Shown here: positions 9,954 through 19,933 of the stretch, piece after piece
Layout: each line of letters opens with the position of its first letter
Position numbering within the stretch: position 1 is the stretch's first letter
Source of the DNA: an uncultured Gammaproteobacteria bacterium
GTDB taxonomy: Bacteria; Patescibacteriota; Microgenomatia; UBA8517
Length of the DNA: 64,000 nt
Assembly (NCBI GenBank): GCA_965231135.1
Contig: OZ246419.1
Coordinates: 81,028 to 145,027, forward strand
Direction of reading: 5' to 3'
The notes under the pieces: generated by a model
Databases searched by the model: none
The model's input: the letters and a program-made list of their open reading frames with translations, nothing else
Told to the model about the DNA's origin: nothing
Made by a program: the position numbers and the translations under genes

Positions 9954-11177
9954 TTAATTAACAAAAGTCAAAGCTGTGCCTTTTTTGTCTGCGCGACCAG
10001 TTCTTCCAATTCTATGGATATAATCTTCATAACTTTCTGGTAATTCGTAATTTATGACGTGAGTGACATCTGGAATATCAAGACCACGAGAAGCAACATC
10101 TGTTGCAAGTAATATTTTTACATACCCATCTTTAAATTCGCTTAATGCTCTTTGCCTTTGATTTTGGCTTTTATTTCCATGAATGGAAGCAGCTTTAAAT
10201 CCTCTATCAATCAATTCTCTAGAGAGTTTCTCTACTCCAAACTTTGTGCGGCCAAAAATTAATACTTTTTCAAAACCAGGACTGATAAGTAATTCATGTA
10301 AAACTTCTATTTTTGATTTGCCGTTTGTTTTTACAATTTGCTGACTAACATTTGCTGTAGGGGCATTTGATTCAATTTTTATTGTCACCGGATTTTTAAG
10401 AAACTTTTTCATAACTCTCTCGACACCGTCCGTTATCGTTGCTGAGAAAAATAAAGACTGACGGGCGTATGGAAGTTTATTAATGATGTAATCTACATCC
10501 TGGATAAAGCCCATATCAAGCATGTGGTCGACTTCGTCAAGAACGATATTTCTATAATTATTAAAATTTATTTGGTGTTGATCTTCAAGATCTTTTAAGC
10601 GGCCAGGAGTACCAATAACAAATTGAGGATTTCTTCGTAAAATTTTAATCTGGCCGTGCATACTAACTCCTCCAATACAAAGAACACTTTGTAAATTTGT
10701 ATTGTAAGTAAATTCACGAAGTTCATCTCTGATTTGGACTGCAAGCTCACGAGTGGGAGCTAAAATTAAAACTTTTTGATCAGGATTTCTTAAAACTTTG
10801 TTAATTAAAGGAATAAGAAAAGCTGCAGTTTTACCTGAACCGGTTTTGGCAATACCGACTAAATCATGGCCTCTTAAAAGTTCTGGGATAGCAGCATCTT
10901 GAATAGGAGTTGGATTTATATAATTTTTATTAATAATATTTGTTTCCAGGCGCCTATCTAACTTAAAATCTGAAAATTTATTTTTGGCAATAAATTCTTT
11001 TACAACAACTTCTTCCTGGGGCATGCTATTAAGATTATTAATCATGTTTGTTGGGTCAAAATTTTTGGCACGAAAACGAGCGCGAGCGCCTCCGCGAGAC
11101 CTAAAATGATTATTATTCCTAAAGTTTCTATTTCCTCCACGGAAACTGTCTTTATGATTTCTGTTTTTGTTGTACAT
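9954..11177 (-). CDS. DEAD/DEAH-box RNA helicase
   Basis: PTPIQ, AKTGSGKT, PTRELA, TPGR, DEVD, SAT and HRIGRTGR motifs; ATG at 11177 preferred. Confidence 0.95.
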   Translation of the reverse strand: MYNKNRNHKDSFRGGNRNFRNNNHFRSRGGARARFRAKNFDPTNMINNLNSMPQEEVVVKEFIAKNKFSDFKLDRRLETNIINKNYINPTPIQDAAIPELLRGHDLVGIAKTGSGKTAAFLIPLINKVLRNPDQKVLILAPTRELAVQIRDELREFTYNTNLQSVLCIGGVSMHGQIKILRRNPQFVIGTPGRLKDLEDQHQINFNNYRNIVLDEVDHMLDMGFIQDVDYIINKLPYARQSLFFSATITDGVERVMKKFLKNPVTIKIESNAPTANVSQQIVKTNGKSKIEVLHELLISPGFEKVLIFGRTKFGVEKLSRELIDRGFKAASIHGNKSQNQRQRALSEFKDGYVKILLATDVASRGLDIPDVTHVINYELPESYEDYIHRIGRTGRADKKGTALTFVN

Positions 11178-11330
11178 AATTTGCTGCCTAATATGAAAAT
11201 AAAATCTGAAGAAAAGATACAAAAAATAAAAATTGGGGTACCTTATCTTACAAACTCAAATTAGCTTAATTATTAAGCAGTGAGAGTATTATAACAGAAA
11301 TTGGGAATATTTACAAACTATAGGAAGTTC

Positions 11331-11355
11331 CTTTCTTATTGGCATGGTTTTAAAA
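11331..11355 (+). repeat. att-like right arm (outermost, degenerate)
   Basis: CTTTCTTATTGGCATGGTTTTAAAA matches CTCGCTTACTGGGATGATTTTAGAA (12281-12305) at 19/25; reads LSYWHGFK versus LAYWDDFR. Confidence 0.55.
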
Positions 11356-11357
11356 TA

Positions 11358-12215
11358 TTACACAAACAACAGTCTTGATTCTTTTTTAGAATAAATTTTA
11401 TAACCGCACTCATTTCTAATATTTTGATCTTTATAACCTAATTTTTGAAGATTTTTCTTGCCAACAACAAACGCTTTATTAATTTCATCTTGAAGCAAGT
11501 TTCTTTCTGGAATATTTGTATGCATAGTATCGCTAGCGAACATTAAAATACCTCCTTCTTCCAAATTTTCTGCCAACGTAGGTAGGTCTGTATCCGGTAT
11601 ACTTCCGTGAGTTAAAGCCATTTTTTCGTGGATTAAAGCTAAATGATTATTCAAGGAAATTACGTTTCCATTTGGAAGCATAATTTTTATTCCTGATAAT
11701 TCATTTGCGTCACATTGTATAAAGTTAACTAAATGTCGATATTTATTAACGGCATCAATAGTTCCTTCATTAAATGATTCAGAATCAGGCAGACTTAATT
11801 TTGGGTTAAGTTGTATGTTACTTACCACAAAACAAACTTTTCCATCTTCGACTTCGTTTTTAAATTTATTAGCTAACCTCCCCCATGTTGTTCCCCACAT
11901 TCCTCCAAAATCTAAAAATATGGCAGGGTCGGCTACTTTATCATGAGTTCGTCTATCAATTATTTTTTTCATCGCTTCATATAATGTAATTTCTGTTCCT
12001 AATAATTCAGAAGTGTCTTTTCTCGGAGGAAAAACTAATTTTTGTTTATCTGAGAAAGGTGAAAAATAATCTCCAACACCAATAGACCAATCTTCAGGTC
12101 TTTCATCTTTTCTAATTTCAGCAATATGAATTCTATCTGCTTGCCGTCTTTCCAAAAATTTAGGAGCTGTTTCATATTTTTGTTGTAGAAATTCTCCTGA
12201 ATTGTTTGCAGTCAT
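11358..12215 (-). CDS. Hypothetical protein, possibly class I SAM-methyltransferase-like
   Basis: FLDFGGMWG resembles motif I and L..GGIL a later strand motif; otherwise unrecognised. Confidence 0.4.
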   Translation of the reverse strand: MTANNSGEFLQQKYETAPKFLERRQADRIHIAEIRKDERPEDWSIGVGDYFSPFSDKQKLVFPPRKDTSELLGTEITLYEAMKKIIDRRTHDKVADPAIFLDFGGMWGTTWGRLANKFKNEVEDGKVCFVVSNIQLNPKLSLPDSESFNEGTIDAVNKYRHLVNFIQCDANELSGIKIMLPNGNVISLNNHLALIHEKMALTHGSIPDTDLPTLAENLEEGGILMFASDTMHTNIPERNLLQDEINKAFVVGKKNLQKLGYKDQNIRNECGYKIYSKKESRLLFV

Positions 12216-12241
12216 TTGTAATTTGATTATATCAAAGGAGC

Positions 12242-12306
12242 TCTAAAATCGTACTATTTCTAGTGCTGTTAGGATGCTTGCTCGCTTACTGGGATGATTT
12301 TAGAAA
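12242..12306 (+). repeat. att-like cassette junction (left arm, spacer, TGCTC core, right arm)
   Basis: TCTAAAATCGTACT...TGCTC GCTTACTGGGATGATTTTAGAAA; TGCTC is shared with the tRNA/recombinase junction at 23991-23995. Confidence 0.65.
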
Positions 12307-12330
12307 AGTTACTGCATAATTTTGCAATAT

Positions 12331-12975
12331 TCATCTGCTTAAAAATTTTGAATTTTTATCAAAAAATCTCCAAAGCTGCTCTATAGCCGCTCTTCCTTCT
12401 TCTGGAGTTGCACCATGAATACCTAAATTAATTCGCTTGCCTGTTGCTACTTCAGCCGTGTAATTTTTGTCTTTATAAATTTTGACTTTAGAATCGTTAT
12501 TGTAAACAAGAAGACCGTTATCGTCTTTATTTAATCCAAGTGCAACAGATAGCATTCCTGGCCCTGATGCTAAACGTTTTATATCTTCTGAAATATATTT
12601 TCTTCTTTCTTTCATTTTTTCTACACCGGAAAGAGGCTCAATGGAACGAATAAATACAACATCGGCATTATTTTCTTCGCCAACAACTATGGATGTCATA
12701 AAGTGAAGACCCATGATTTGATACATGTACAACCGTCCTCCTTGTGCAAATTGTATTTCTGTTCTTGGGGTACGTTTTCCTTTGAACGCATGAGAAGCTG
12801 CATCGTGTGATGGATAAGCTTCTGTTTCTGTAATTTTACCAGAAGTTACCAGTCCATCTTTATTGGTTTCAATTACGCAGCCAATTAATGCAGGTGCGAC
12901 TGTAAGTGATTCTTTAATAAAAAAATCTTGAGACAACAATTGAAGATGCTCCGCCATAGGTTTTCTCTCTGACAT
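12331..12975 (-). CDS. mpg: 3-methyladenine DNA glycosylase, MPG/AAG family
   Basis: GKITETEAY, DAASHAF, VFIRSIEP, ASGPGML and WRF motifs. Confidence 0.9.
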   Translation of the reverse strand: MSERKPMAEHLQLLSQDFFIKESLTVAPALIGCVIETNKDGLVTSGKITETEAYPSHDAASHAFKGKRTPRTEIQFAQGGRLYMYQIMGLHFMTSIVVGEENNADVVFIRSIEPLSGVEKMKERRKYISEDIKRLASGPGMLSVALGLNKDDNGLLVYNNDSKVKIYKDKNYTAEVATGKRINLGIHGATPEEGRAAIEQLWRFFDKNSKFLSR

Positions 12976-12977
12976 TA

Positions 12978-14231
12978 TCAGAGATCAAACTCTGCTGGCA
13001 AGGTGTTAAGCATAAACTCTTCTGGTTTTTCTGCAAAAATTACTCTTTTACCTAATGATTGAGCGTATCCGATTTCTATTAAAGCTGATGCGCCGACATA
13101 ACCTTCTGGATCACAAATAATTAATGCATCACTTTTTTCAATAGAATCCAAATGATGTCTTTCCAATTCAAGAGGTGTCATCTTTTCTTCTCCTGAAAAT
13201 ACCACAAATTCTTCTCCAGGATTTTTGGGTTCTGTAAACCTCGGACTTAATACCTCTACATTATTTTCTACGAGTTCTTTCCTAATTTTTAGAATATAAT
13301 CTAAGTGTTTTCGAAAACTTCCACTTAAGGTAACATTTCTAAATTCTTGTCTTGCGGCACCGTTTATAAGATTTGAATTAGAAGGAATTATAGTTTCTAT
13401 TCCGTATTTTTCGCATATTGTTTGAGCTATTGCACTACAAGCTCTAGCTCCATGCATCCAGCTTGGATTGTCTGGCATAAGGTCTTCTAATTCTTTTAAT
13501 GTTATTTTTTCGAATACTTCTTCATTTTTTGAAGAGAAATCTTTAGTAGATATAAGAGACGGATGGTCTTCGTCGTTAAATAGATTATTTTTCTGCAAAT
13601 TATATTTTGCCAATTGCATGTAATTTAATTCTCCACCTGAATAGAGTCCAATTTTGACTTTATTGTTTAGTGTCGGTAATTTTTCAGAAACAAAAGCTTT
13701 TACTTTTTCAAGAGATGCAGCAGCTTTTTGTTCATTTATATTTTCAAATTCTGTTAATATTGTTCCTACTCCTAAGTCAACATTTTTAGTTTCTATTTCT
13801 TTATTATCTTTAATAACAACAAGTTCTGTTGAACCTCCACCGATATTTATAAGTAAAACTGGATCGTTGGTTTGATATTTACCAACTAATGCCACTTGGA
13901 GATAAAAACTTTCTAATTCTTGTGGAATTATATTGAAAAATAAACCAGTCGTGAGAAAGAACTCATCTACAAATTCCCTTTTTGTTTTTGGTTCAAGTTT
14001 TCTATATAAAGCAGTTGCAAATATTTTTATAGTAGTCTCTGGATATTTATTTTTTATCTCTTCGATAATTCCATATAATTCTTTTTTGTTATTATCAGAG
14101 ATACCCTTTATTGGATCGAAGTCCGTTTTAAATGGAATTGATTTTGTTAAAAATAAGTTAAGAGAGTCGCCTGCCTTTTCGTAAGCTTTAACTGTTGAAG
14201 AGCCTATATCAATGAATATGTATTTTTTCAT
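12978..14231 (-). CDS. Ppx/GppA-family (ASKHA) phosphatase fused to a C-terminal nucleoside 2-deoxyribosyltransferase-like domain
   Basis: IDIGSSTVK, FATALYR and INIGGGSTE (Ppx/GppA); VTLSGSFR...IEKSDALII...GYVGASALIEIGYA (NDT/Rcl-like). Confidence 0.75.
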   Translation of the reverse strand: MKKYIFIDIGSSTVKAYEKAGDSLNLFLTKSIPFKTDFDPIKGISDNNKKELYGIIEEIKNKYPETTIKIFATALYRKLEPKTKREFVDEFFLTTGLFFNIIPQELESFYLQVALVGKYQTNDPVLLINIGGGSTELVVIKDNKEIETKNVDLGVGTILTEFENINEQKAAASLEKVKAFVSEKLPTLNNKVKIGLYSGGELNYMQLAKYNLQKNNLFNDEDHPSLISTKDFSSKNEEVFEKITLKELEDLMPDNPSWMHGARACSAIAQTICEKYGIETIIPSNSNLINGAARQEFRNVTLSGSFRKHLDYILKIRKELVENNVEVLSPRFTEPKNPGEEFVVFSGEEKMTPLELERHHLDSIEKSDALIICDPEGYVGASALIEIGYAQSLGKRVIFAEKPEEFMLNTLPAEFDL

Positions 14232-14314
14232 TAAGTAGAATATAGTACTGCTTAAAACTATTGTCAATAGGTAAATACTACTGTGAATAGATATTAGAAT
14301 GGTATAATATACAA

Positions 14315-14596
14315 ATGCACGGTAACTTATTGGGCAAGAAAATTAAGACAGCTAGAGTTTTGGTGGGATTATCGCAAAAAGAATTAGCAGAAAAACTTAA
14401 TTTATCTGAGAAGACAATTAGTGCATATGAGAAGGGCAGAGCAACGCCGCCTTCCCCTACTTTACAAAGAATCGCTAACGCGACTAATCAATACCTTCAA
14501 TTCTTTTCTGAAAATGAAGGAAAGGATAAGACTGATGAAATTTTAGAAAAACTTGATATCATCATTCAAGAACTTAAAAGGATTAACAATGGATGA
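14315..14596 (+). CDS. XRE-family HTH regulator
   Basis: LSQKELAEKLNLSEKTISAYEKGRATP. Confidence 0.9.
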   Translation: MHGNLLGKKIKTARVLVGLSQKELAEKLNLSEKTISAYEKGRATPPSPTLQRIANATNQYLQFFSENEGKDKTDEILEKLDIIIQELKRINNG

Positions 14597-15149
14597 AGAT
14601 TTAATAAAAACCATTCTTACAACAGGGATTTTAAAAAGAATTGACAGGACAGGTTGGGTAAAAAAGGGAGTTAAAAATCCAGAATCTGTTTCTGATCACT
14701 CTTACCGTGTCGCTGTTATTGCAATGCTTGTTGCACCACTACTCGATTTAGATCAGGCCAAGTTGATAAAAATGGCTTTACTACACGACTTAGGAGAAGC
14801 AGTTATTGGAGATGTTATTTGGGAAAAAGGTAAAAAGATAATTGGTTCTCAAAGCGAAAAACACAAAGACGAAGGCGAAGCTGTCAAACAAATTTTTGAT
14901 AAAACAAATAACAAAGAATATGTTGAACTTTGGGAAGAATTTGAATTGCAAACTTCTAAAGAGGCGCAGGTTCTAAAACAAATAGATAAATTAGAGATGG
15001 CAATTCAAGCTTATGAATATGAGAGAGAAGGAAATCCTTCTGAAAAATTAAATGAGTTTTGGGAGAATGCTGAGAAATATTTACAAGATAAAGAACTGGG
15101 GCCATTATTTAATTTATTGGTAAAAATGAGGTCTTCAAATGAAAGTTAA
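14589..15149 (+). CDS. HD-domain 5'-deoxynucleotidase-like protein (YfbR/HDDC2 family)
   Basis: LKRIDRTGW, ESVSDHSYR, LLHDLGEA..GD and DKLEM motifs. Confidence 0.9.
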   Translation: MDEDLIKTILTTGILKRIDRTGWVKKGVKNPESVSDHSYRVAVIAMLVAPLLDLDQAKLIKMALLHDLGEAVIGDVIWEKGKKIIGSQSEKHKDEGEAVKQIFDKTNNKEYVELWEEFELQTSKEAQVLKQIDKLEMAIQAYEYEREGNPSEKLNEFWENAEKYLQDKELGPLFNLLVKMRSSNES

Positions 15150-15208
15150 TTTCTAAAATCGTCCTGTCTGGACTAGACTAAGCTCTCTCTGGTCGAAAAT
15201 GTAAGAAC
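15150..15208 (+). repeat. att-like cassette junction
   Basis: TTTCTAAAATCGTCC (15150-15164) is a 14/15 inverted repeat of 12292-12306 and closely matches 12242-12255 in direct orientation; GCTC core at 15182 is followed by a frame reading LSLVENVRTYY. Confidence 0.65.
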
Positions 15209-15211
15209 TTA

Positions 15212-16105
15212 TTACAAAGATATATCTTCAATCATTATTTCCACATCTTTGATCGCCTGATCATTTACAACCAACTTCCACTCATCTGTGTCAATAGAAG
15301 GACTTATTCCTATACAACCTCTGATTCTTTTTATAATATTGTTCACTTCTACACGTCTGGTAGTTGTGTTTTGCGGTAACTTAGATATTGCCCGATTTAA
15401 TCTTTGAGTTACTTGCCCTATCGTCGCTTGAGAGTCAGGTACAAGATCCTGTAAATTAGCGGCGCTTTTATCGCTCCATCTGTTTAAGTATCCACTAAGT
15501 TTTTCGGTAACATTTACGGGTTCGTTGTCTCTTTGTGGTTTAGTTTGAATATATTCTTCTACTTTTTGACCGGCTTTATGTAGAGACCCCAACAGAATGT
15601 CGTGAGATTTAATATCAGCTATTACATCTTCATGCTGTTGTTGCACAAAGTCATCTTCTTCGCCTGTTTTTGGCTCTTCTAGATAGAGAACAACTTCGGT
15701 AACTTGATAGACATCGTACAACAAACCTTCTAGTTGTTCATAATCAAATAGTTCGAGTTCTTCTTCGTCTGTCAATTTGTCTGTGAGCTTATCACCTAGT
15801 TCATAAGTCATCTTGTTAGATTGTATTGCGTCTGTAAGTTCTTGAGATAAGCTTTGGGGGGATGACACGTCAAGCGAGTTTAATCTATGATTGAGTGCCA
15901 TTGGAGAGCCTAATGCTTTCCCATCATGGATGCTAAATTCTATACCATACTCTTTTGACAATCTATCTAAGACATCTCTAATTACTTGTCGTTCATTTTT
16001 TGGCTCTTCAATCCCTTCCATATCTACATCATGTAACGCATCTTCAAAAGCTGACAGATTTGGTTCATTGTCTTGTGGAATTGGAAGGTTCTTATCTTCT
16101 GACAT
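15212..16105 (-). CDS. Acidic hypothetical protein
   Basis: 297-aa ORF; no motif recognised. Confidence 0.6.
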   Translation of the reverse strand: MSEDKNLPIPQDNEPNLSAFEDALHDVDMEGIEEPKNERQVIRDVLDRLSKEYGIEFSIHDGKALGSPMALNHRLNSLDVSSPQSLSQELTDAIQSNKMTYELGDKLTDKLTDEEELELFDYEQLEGLLYDVYQVTEVVLYLEEPKTGEEDDFVQQQHEDVIADIKSHDILLGSLHKAGQKVEEYIQTKPQRDNEPVNVTEKLSGYLNRWSDKSAANLQDLVPDSQATIGQVTQRLNRAISKLPQNTTTRRVEVNNIIKRIRGCIGISPSIDTDEWKLVVNDQAIKDVEIMIEDISL

Positions 16106-16166
16106 TACAATAATTATAGACTAAAAAAGATAAAAATGTTCAAGTCCTGTTGTAAGTTGATATATT

Positions 16167-16706
16167 TTAATTATTTTTAATTCGTTTGTTAATTAAGGGT
16201 GAAAAGTGATTTTTGTATTTTTCTTGAAGTTCTGATAATCGCCAGTCTTTGCCTGTAACTTTGTGTCTACAACTTTTTGAGCCACAATTACAATCCCATT
16301 TTGAGATATAATTTTCATCTGCTTCCCAAATTGCATAATCGGCAGTAAGTTCTTCATCTTTTGAAATATCACGCATAGCTACTAGGGCATAAGCACCTTG
16401 CATATATAAGTTAGGTTCACAAGAATGGTTTACGAAGTAGCCAGATCCTTCCCCTCTATCTTCAATACTAAAAAGATCATCGTCCCATTGCATAACCAAC
16501 TTACCACTCCTTTCGGCTTTATTAGCTTGTTTTGAGTTGACATATTCTCCACCCCAAACCACAACTAAATCTCCTTTTTTAATTGGTTTTACTGCATAAA
16601 GACCTTTCCCACCAATTTTAGATTGTCTTATTTCTGTGTCTGGGTTAATCCAATCTTCATCATTGAGGCTTTTTCTAATTTTCTTAATTATTTCTTCGGT
16701 ATTCAT
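16167..16706 (-). CDS. SET-domain protein-lysine methyltransferase-like protein with post-SET cysteines
   Basis: GKGLYA, NHSCEPN, EELTADY and CNCGSKSCR motifs. Confidence 0.9.
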   Translation of the reverse strand: MNTEEIIKKIRKSLNDEDWINPDTEIRQSKIGGKGLYAVKPIKKGDLVVVWGGEYVNSKQANKAERSGKLVMQWDDDLFSIEDRGEGSGYFVNHSCEPNLYMQGAYALVAMRDISKDEELTADYAIWEADENYISKWDCNCGSKSCRHKVTGKDWRLSELQEKYKNHFSPLINKRIKNN

Positions 16707-16752
16707 ATCTGAAGTATACCAAAGTTCTAATTACTTGCCCCTTTTTTTGTAT

Positions 16753-17337
16753 TTAATATTTAAAAATTAGACCAATCTTGCCAAGAGATGTCTTTATTTT
16801 TAGATCCATTGGTTTAACAAATTTGTTAATTACAAAATATATCTCGATATTGAATGGATTCTTGTCAATTTTGCAGAATAGACATTTTTCTTTTGGATAC
16901 TTTTTTTCACTTTTCAAGTTTATTTTTCTGCCACCCAAATGGCGTTCTTCTGTATCTCCAAGAGGTAAGACATTATTCAAATAATACCTGGTGTGTTTAT
17001 CTGGGTCTAAATTAAGTTTTTCAGCGATTGTTTTTATCTCTTCATCCCATATGCTTGGAGATTTATCTAAGTCAAAACTCGTGAAGACTATCGGAGTTCT
17101 TCCAGTAAAAGTTTTTGGGTACTCTTCTTCTTCGTTGTGCATATTTAGCAAGAATTTTGTTTCTCTGTCTTCAATTATTTTTGCTTCATGGAAAGAATAG
17201 TGATGATGAGTACCGATGAACGATAGTCTTATATCTTTGCGTCCGTCAGTTAGGATTGATGTTTGTATTTTTATAAAAGGATATTCATGGTTTTGAAAAA
17301 TGGCTATTATGTATATCTCTGTTTGAAATTTGGACAT
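16753..17337 (-). CDS. Hypothetical protein (third gene of the OLD operon)
   Basis: 194-aa ORF starting 2 nt after the previous gene. Confidence 0.55.
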   Translation of the reverse strand: MSKFQTEIYIIAIFQNHEYPFIKIQTSILTDGRKDIRLSFIGTHHHYSFHEAKIIEDRETKFLLNMHNEEEEYPKTFTGRTPIVFTSFDLDKSPSIWDEEIKTIAEKLNLDPDKHTRYYLNNVLPLGDTEERHLGGRKINLKSEKKYPKEKCLFCKIDKNPFNIEIYFVINKFVKPMDLKIKTSLGKIGLIFKY

Positions 17338-17339
17338 AT

Positions 17340-17918
17340 CTAAAAAGGTTTTCTTTTATGATAAAACCTGTGTTTTCCTTGTAATTGGTGTGTGTATTGT
17401 GTTGTGTAGTTATCTGTTAAGGAAACACCAGATATATTTTTAAGGGTACTTATTACTTGTGATATTAGGATTACTGATGCGGCGATAAGTATTATCCACC
17501 AAACAACAATCCATACTTTATATCTCAACCAAGTATTCTTCAGGAAATTTGTTTCTACTAGAATACGACCCGCCAAGACTCCGTTTCTATTTATTTTTAC
17601 CGACTGGTTAGAATTTGGGTCTTCATCACCAAAACCATACACTGGCAAGCTTTGCAGGATATGGGAACAACTATTTACTAACCGGTTCCTCTCGTCTTCG
17701 GAAATAAATTTTTCATCTCTACAATAATCCAAAGCAGATTTTACATGATTTGGACCTATATACGAGCCTAGATGTTGATGGTGTACACTAGCAGCCCAAA
17801 TTAGGACTGCTTTTACGCCATTCCACAAAGATTTCTCCTTTTTATGGCTTTCGTATTCCATCAACTGTTGTAGTATGTCCAACTTACGAAATGATGCAGG
17901 GGTAAAGGGAATATTCAT
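17340..17918 (-). CDS. Hypothetical single-TM protein (second gene of the OLD operon)
   Basis: 192-aa ORF with a C-proximal hydrophobic helix. Confidence 0.6.
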   Translation of the reverse strand: MNIPFTPASFRKLDILQQLMEYESHKKEKSLWNGVKAVLIWAASVHHQHLGSYIGPNHVKSALDYCRDEKFISEDERNRLVNSCSHILQSLPVYGFGDEDPNSNQSVKINRNGVLAGRILVETNFLKNTWLRYKVWIVVWWIILIAASVILISQVISTLKNISGVSLTDNYTTQYTHQLQGKHRFYHKRKPF

Positions 17919-17930
17919 ACCTTATAAAAA

Positions 17931-19592
17931 TTATTCGTTAGCTATATCCACTGATTTGTTAATAATGTTTTTGATGGTAGTTGGAACTTCTTCTTTCGCG
18001 ATTGTTTCTGCTAAGTATTTAGCCGCAAAAGGCTTTGATTTTATTAAGAAATGCCTAACTTTTTCCTCCAAACTCTTATTTATAATTCTGGGGTGGTTTT
18101 TATAATTTGTGTAGCTGATGCCATAAGCTTGGTTCAGTAAAACATCTGTCTTTTGTAATCCAATGTCTTTTACAAGAACTGCTTCAAAATCTACATCCAT
18201 TGGAAACTTTGGCGCTTGTATCAAGTTTATTGTTTCATTTAACCCAGAACCGGGATCGTCGACGTCATAGACCACAACATGTGGAATTTTGAAACTTGTA
18301 AGATAGTCTGAATAGTTTTTTATATTTGGTTTACCGTTTACTTCAACCAAAACTACTCCCTTTTTAGATAAGTCTACGTTCAACTTATTAGCAAAGGTGG
18401 GAAGTGATAGATACTCTGTTGGTCCTTCCACTAAAATTACAGAGTTGGCAAAAAAAAGAAGGTTTCTTTGAGCATCAATATCGCGTTCAATTTTATTTTC
18501 CCCTGCGGGAGTTAACCAGTGAGATTCTTCGGGGAGCTGGACAACGTCGGTTTCGCCATTTTTTCTAAACACCCGTGCTATGTTTTTAGGTCTTGTTACG
18601 TTCACTAGAAATGGAGAATGAGAGGAAAAAACCACTTGGTTAGTTTTACTGCGATTTTGCATTGCTGTATTAAGTACGTATAATGCCAGCGGATGTAAAA
18701 ACAACTCTGGTTCTTCGAGACAAATTACTAGATTATTTTCCTGTTTAGCAACCAGTAATACCAGCGCTATTACTGCCAAACTTTTTATTCCGTCACCTTT
18801 TGTGTTTAGTTCACTTAAAAATCCATCATCGAGGTTTAGATGAACAGTTTTCATTATATCTCCTGGATTTACAGGCAATAATGATATATGAGTTGATGTG
18901 TAATCGTCTGTTAAAAATTCTAAGATTTGTTTTCTTATTTCTTCGTTAAGATTTACAAAGTCGCTACTTCCAGCAACTTTTATTGTTAGCTCTTCAAGGA
19001 TAGATTTTATATCTATATTCTTATTCGCATTTGATCTTAGTTTATTTAATAGTTTTCCCCAATCGTATTTTTGAGAATCAGAAAAGTATTTATCTGCATC
19101 TCTCTGTCCTGGTATAAGTATTAACTGCGGGAACAGTTCTCTTGCGTCGTTTTTAACAACTATCTCATTTCCGCCTACTGAATATCTTAATGGTTCAAGA
19201 TCGTCACCTAGATAATAAAATTTACCAGGTTCACCATAAGGCAACTCAAGGCAGACATTAAGCTTTGTTGAATAATTTCCTCTAACAGGCTCTGATCCCC
19301 TGACACGTAGATAGCCTCTTGCCTTTGATCTAAAAAATTTTAAGTCGTCTTCTGATAACTGATCGAGTGTTAATATAATCTTAACTGGTAATTTGGTATT
19401 GTTTCTGTGGTAATCGCCAATTTCTAGGTTTGTATAAGTAGGGTACGATTTGCCTAGTATTATAGATAAAGCTTTTATAATATTTGACTTACCAACGTTA
19501 TTGGGACCAACTAAGGCTAATAAATCACTGAAGCTGACTTCTGTTTTCTTTATACTTCTATAATTTTCTATAATTATTCTTTTAATCTTCAT
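17931..19592 (-). CDS. OLD-family ATP-dependent endonuclease (ABC ATPase plus TOPRIM)
   Basis: IENYRSI, GPNNVGKS, KGDG, LEEPELFLHP, SSHSP, ILVEGPTE and YDVD motifs. Confidence 0.9.
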   Translation of the reverse strand: MKIKRIIIENYRSIKKTEVSFSDLLALVGPNNVGKSNIIKALSIILGKSYPTYTNLEIGDYHRNNTKLPVKIILTLDQLSEDDLKFFRSKARGYLRVRGSEPVRGNYSTKLNVCLELPYGEPGKFYYLGDDLEPLRYSVGGNEIVVKNDARELFPQLILIPGQRDADKYFSDSQKYDWGKLLNKLRSNANKNIDIKSILEELTIKVAGSSDFVNLNEEIRKQILEFLTDDYTSTHISLLPVNPGDIMKTVHLNLDDGFLSELNTKGDGIKSLAVIALVLLVAKQENNLVICLEEPELFLHPLALYVLNTAMQNRSKTNQVVFSSHSPFLVNVTRPKNIARVFRKNGETDVVQLPEESHWLTPAGENKIERDIDAQRNLLFFANSVILVEGPTEYLSLPTFANKLNVDLSKKGVVLVEVNGKPNIKNYSDYLTSFKIPHVVVYDVDDPGSGLNETINLIQAPKFPMDVDFEAVLVKDIGLQKTDVLLNQAYGISYTNYKNHPRIINKSLEEKVRHFLIKSKPFAAKYLAETIAKEEVPTTIKNIINKSVDIANE

Positions 19593-19701
19593 CTTAAAAC
19601 GAGCCTCGTCCTTATTAAAATTTTGTTATTAAAAAGACACACAGATTATACACCAGTAAAGAAAGACTTGTTCTTTTGTAACTCGCTTGGTCGATTTGAA
19701 G

Positions 19702-19911
19702 CTAAAATGGCATCAATTTTCCACCTGTAATTTTCAATGCTTTCGCTAGTTTATGTAAATTTATAAGTGATGGGTTTCTTATTCCCCGCTCGATTTGCCC
19801 TATATAGGTAAAATGTAAACCTGCTCGATCCCCCAACTCTTCTTGAGTTAAATCTCTTTCTTCTCGAAGTTTTCTTAAATGCTTTCCAAAAATTATCCTT
19901 ATGTCTGACAT
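19702..19911 (-). CDS. Controller (C)-protein-like XRE regulator
   Basis: LTQEELG..AGLHFTYIGQIERGIRNPSL resembles RM controller proteins. Confidence 0.8.
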   Translation of the reverse strand: MSDIRIIFGKHLRKLREERDLTQEELGDRAGLHFTYIGQIERGIRNPSLINLHKLAKALKITGGKLMPF

Positions 19912-19933
19912 AAAGTAAGCATGAAGAAAAGAA

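Noticed and set aside
16707-16752. Additional att junction between the SET gene and the OLD operon
   Set aside because: Only vague similarity (frame SSNYLP); no GCTC core or inverted arm
17931-19592. Gabija or retron-associated call for the OLD nuclease
   Set aside because: No UvrD helicase or reverse transcriptase next to it
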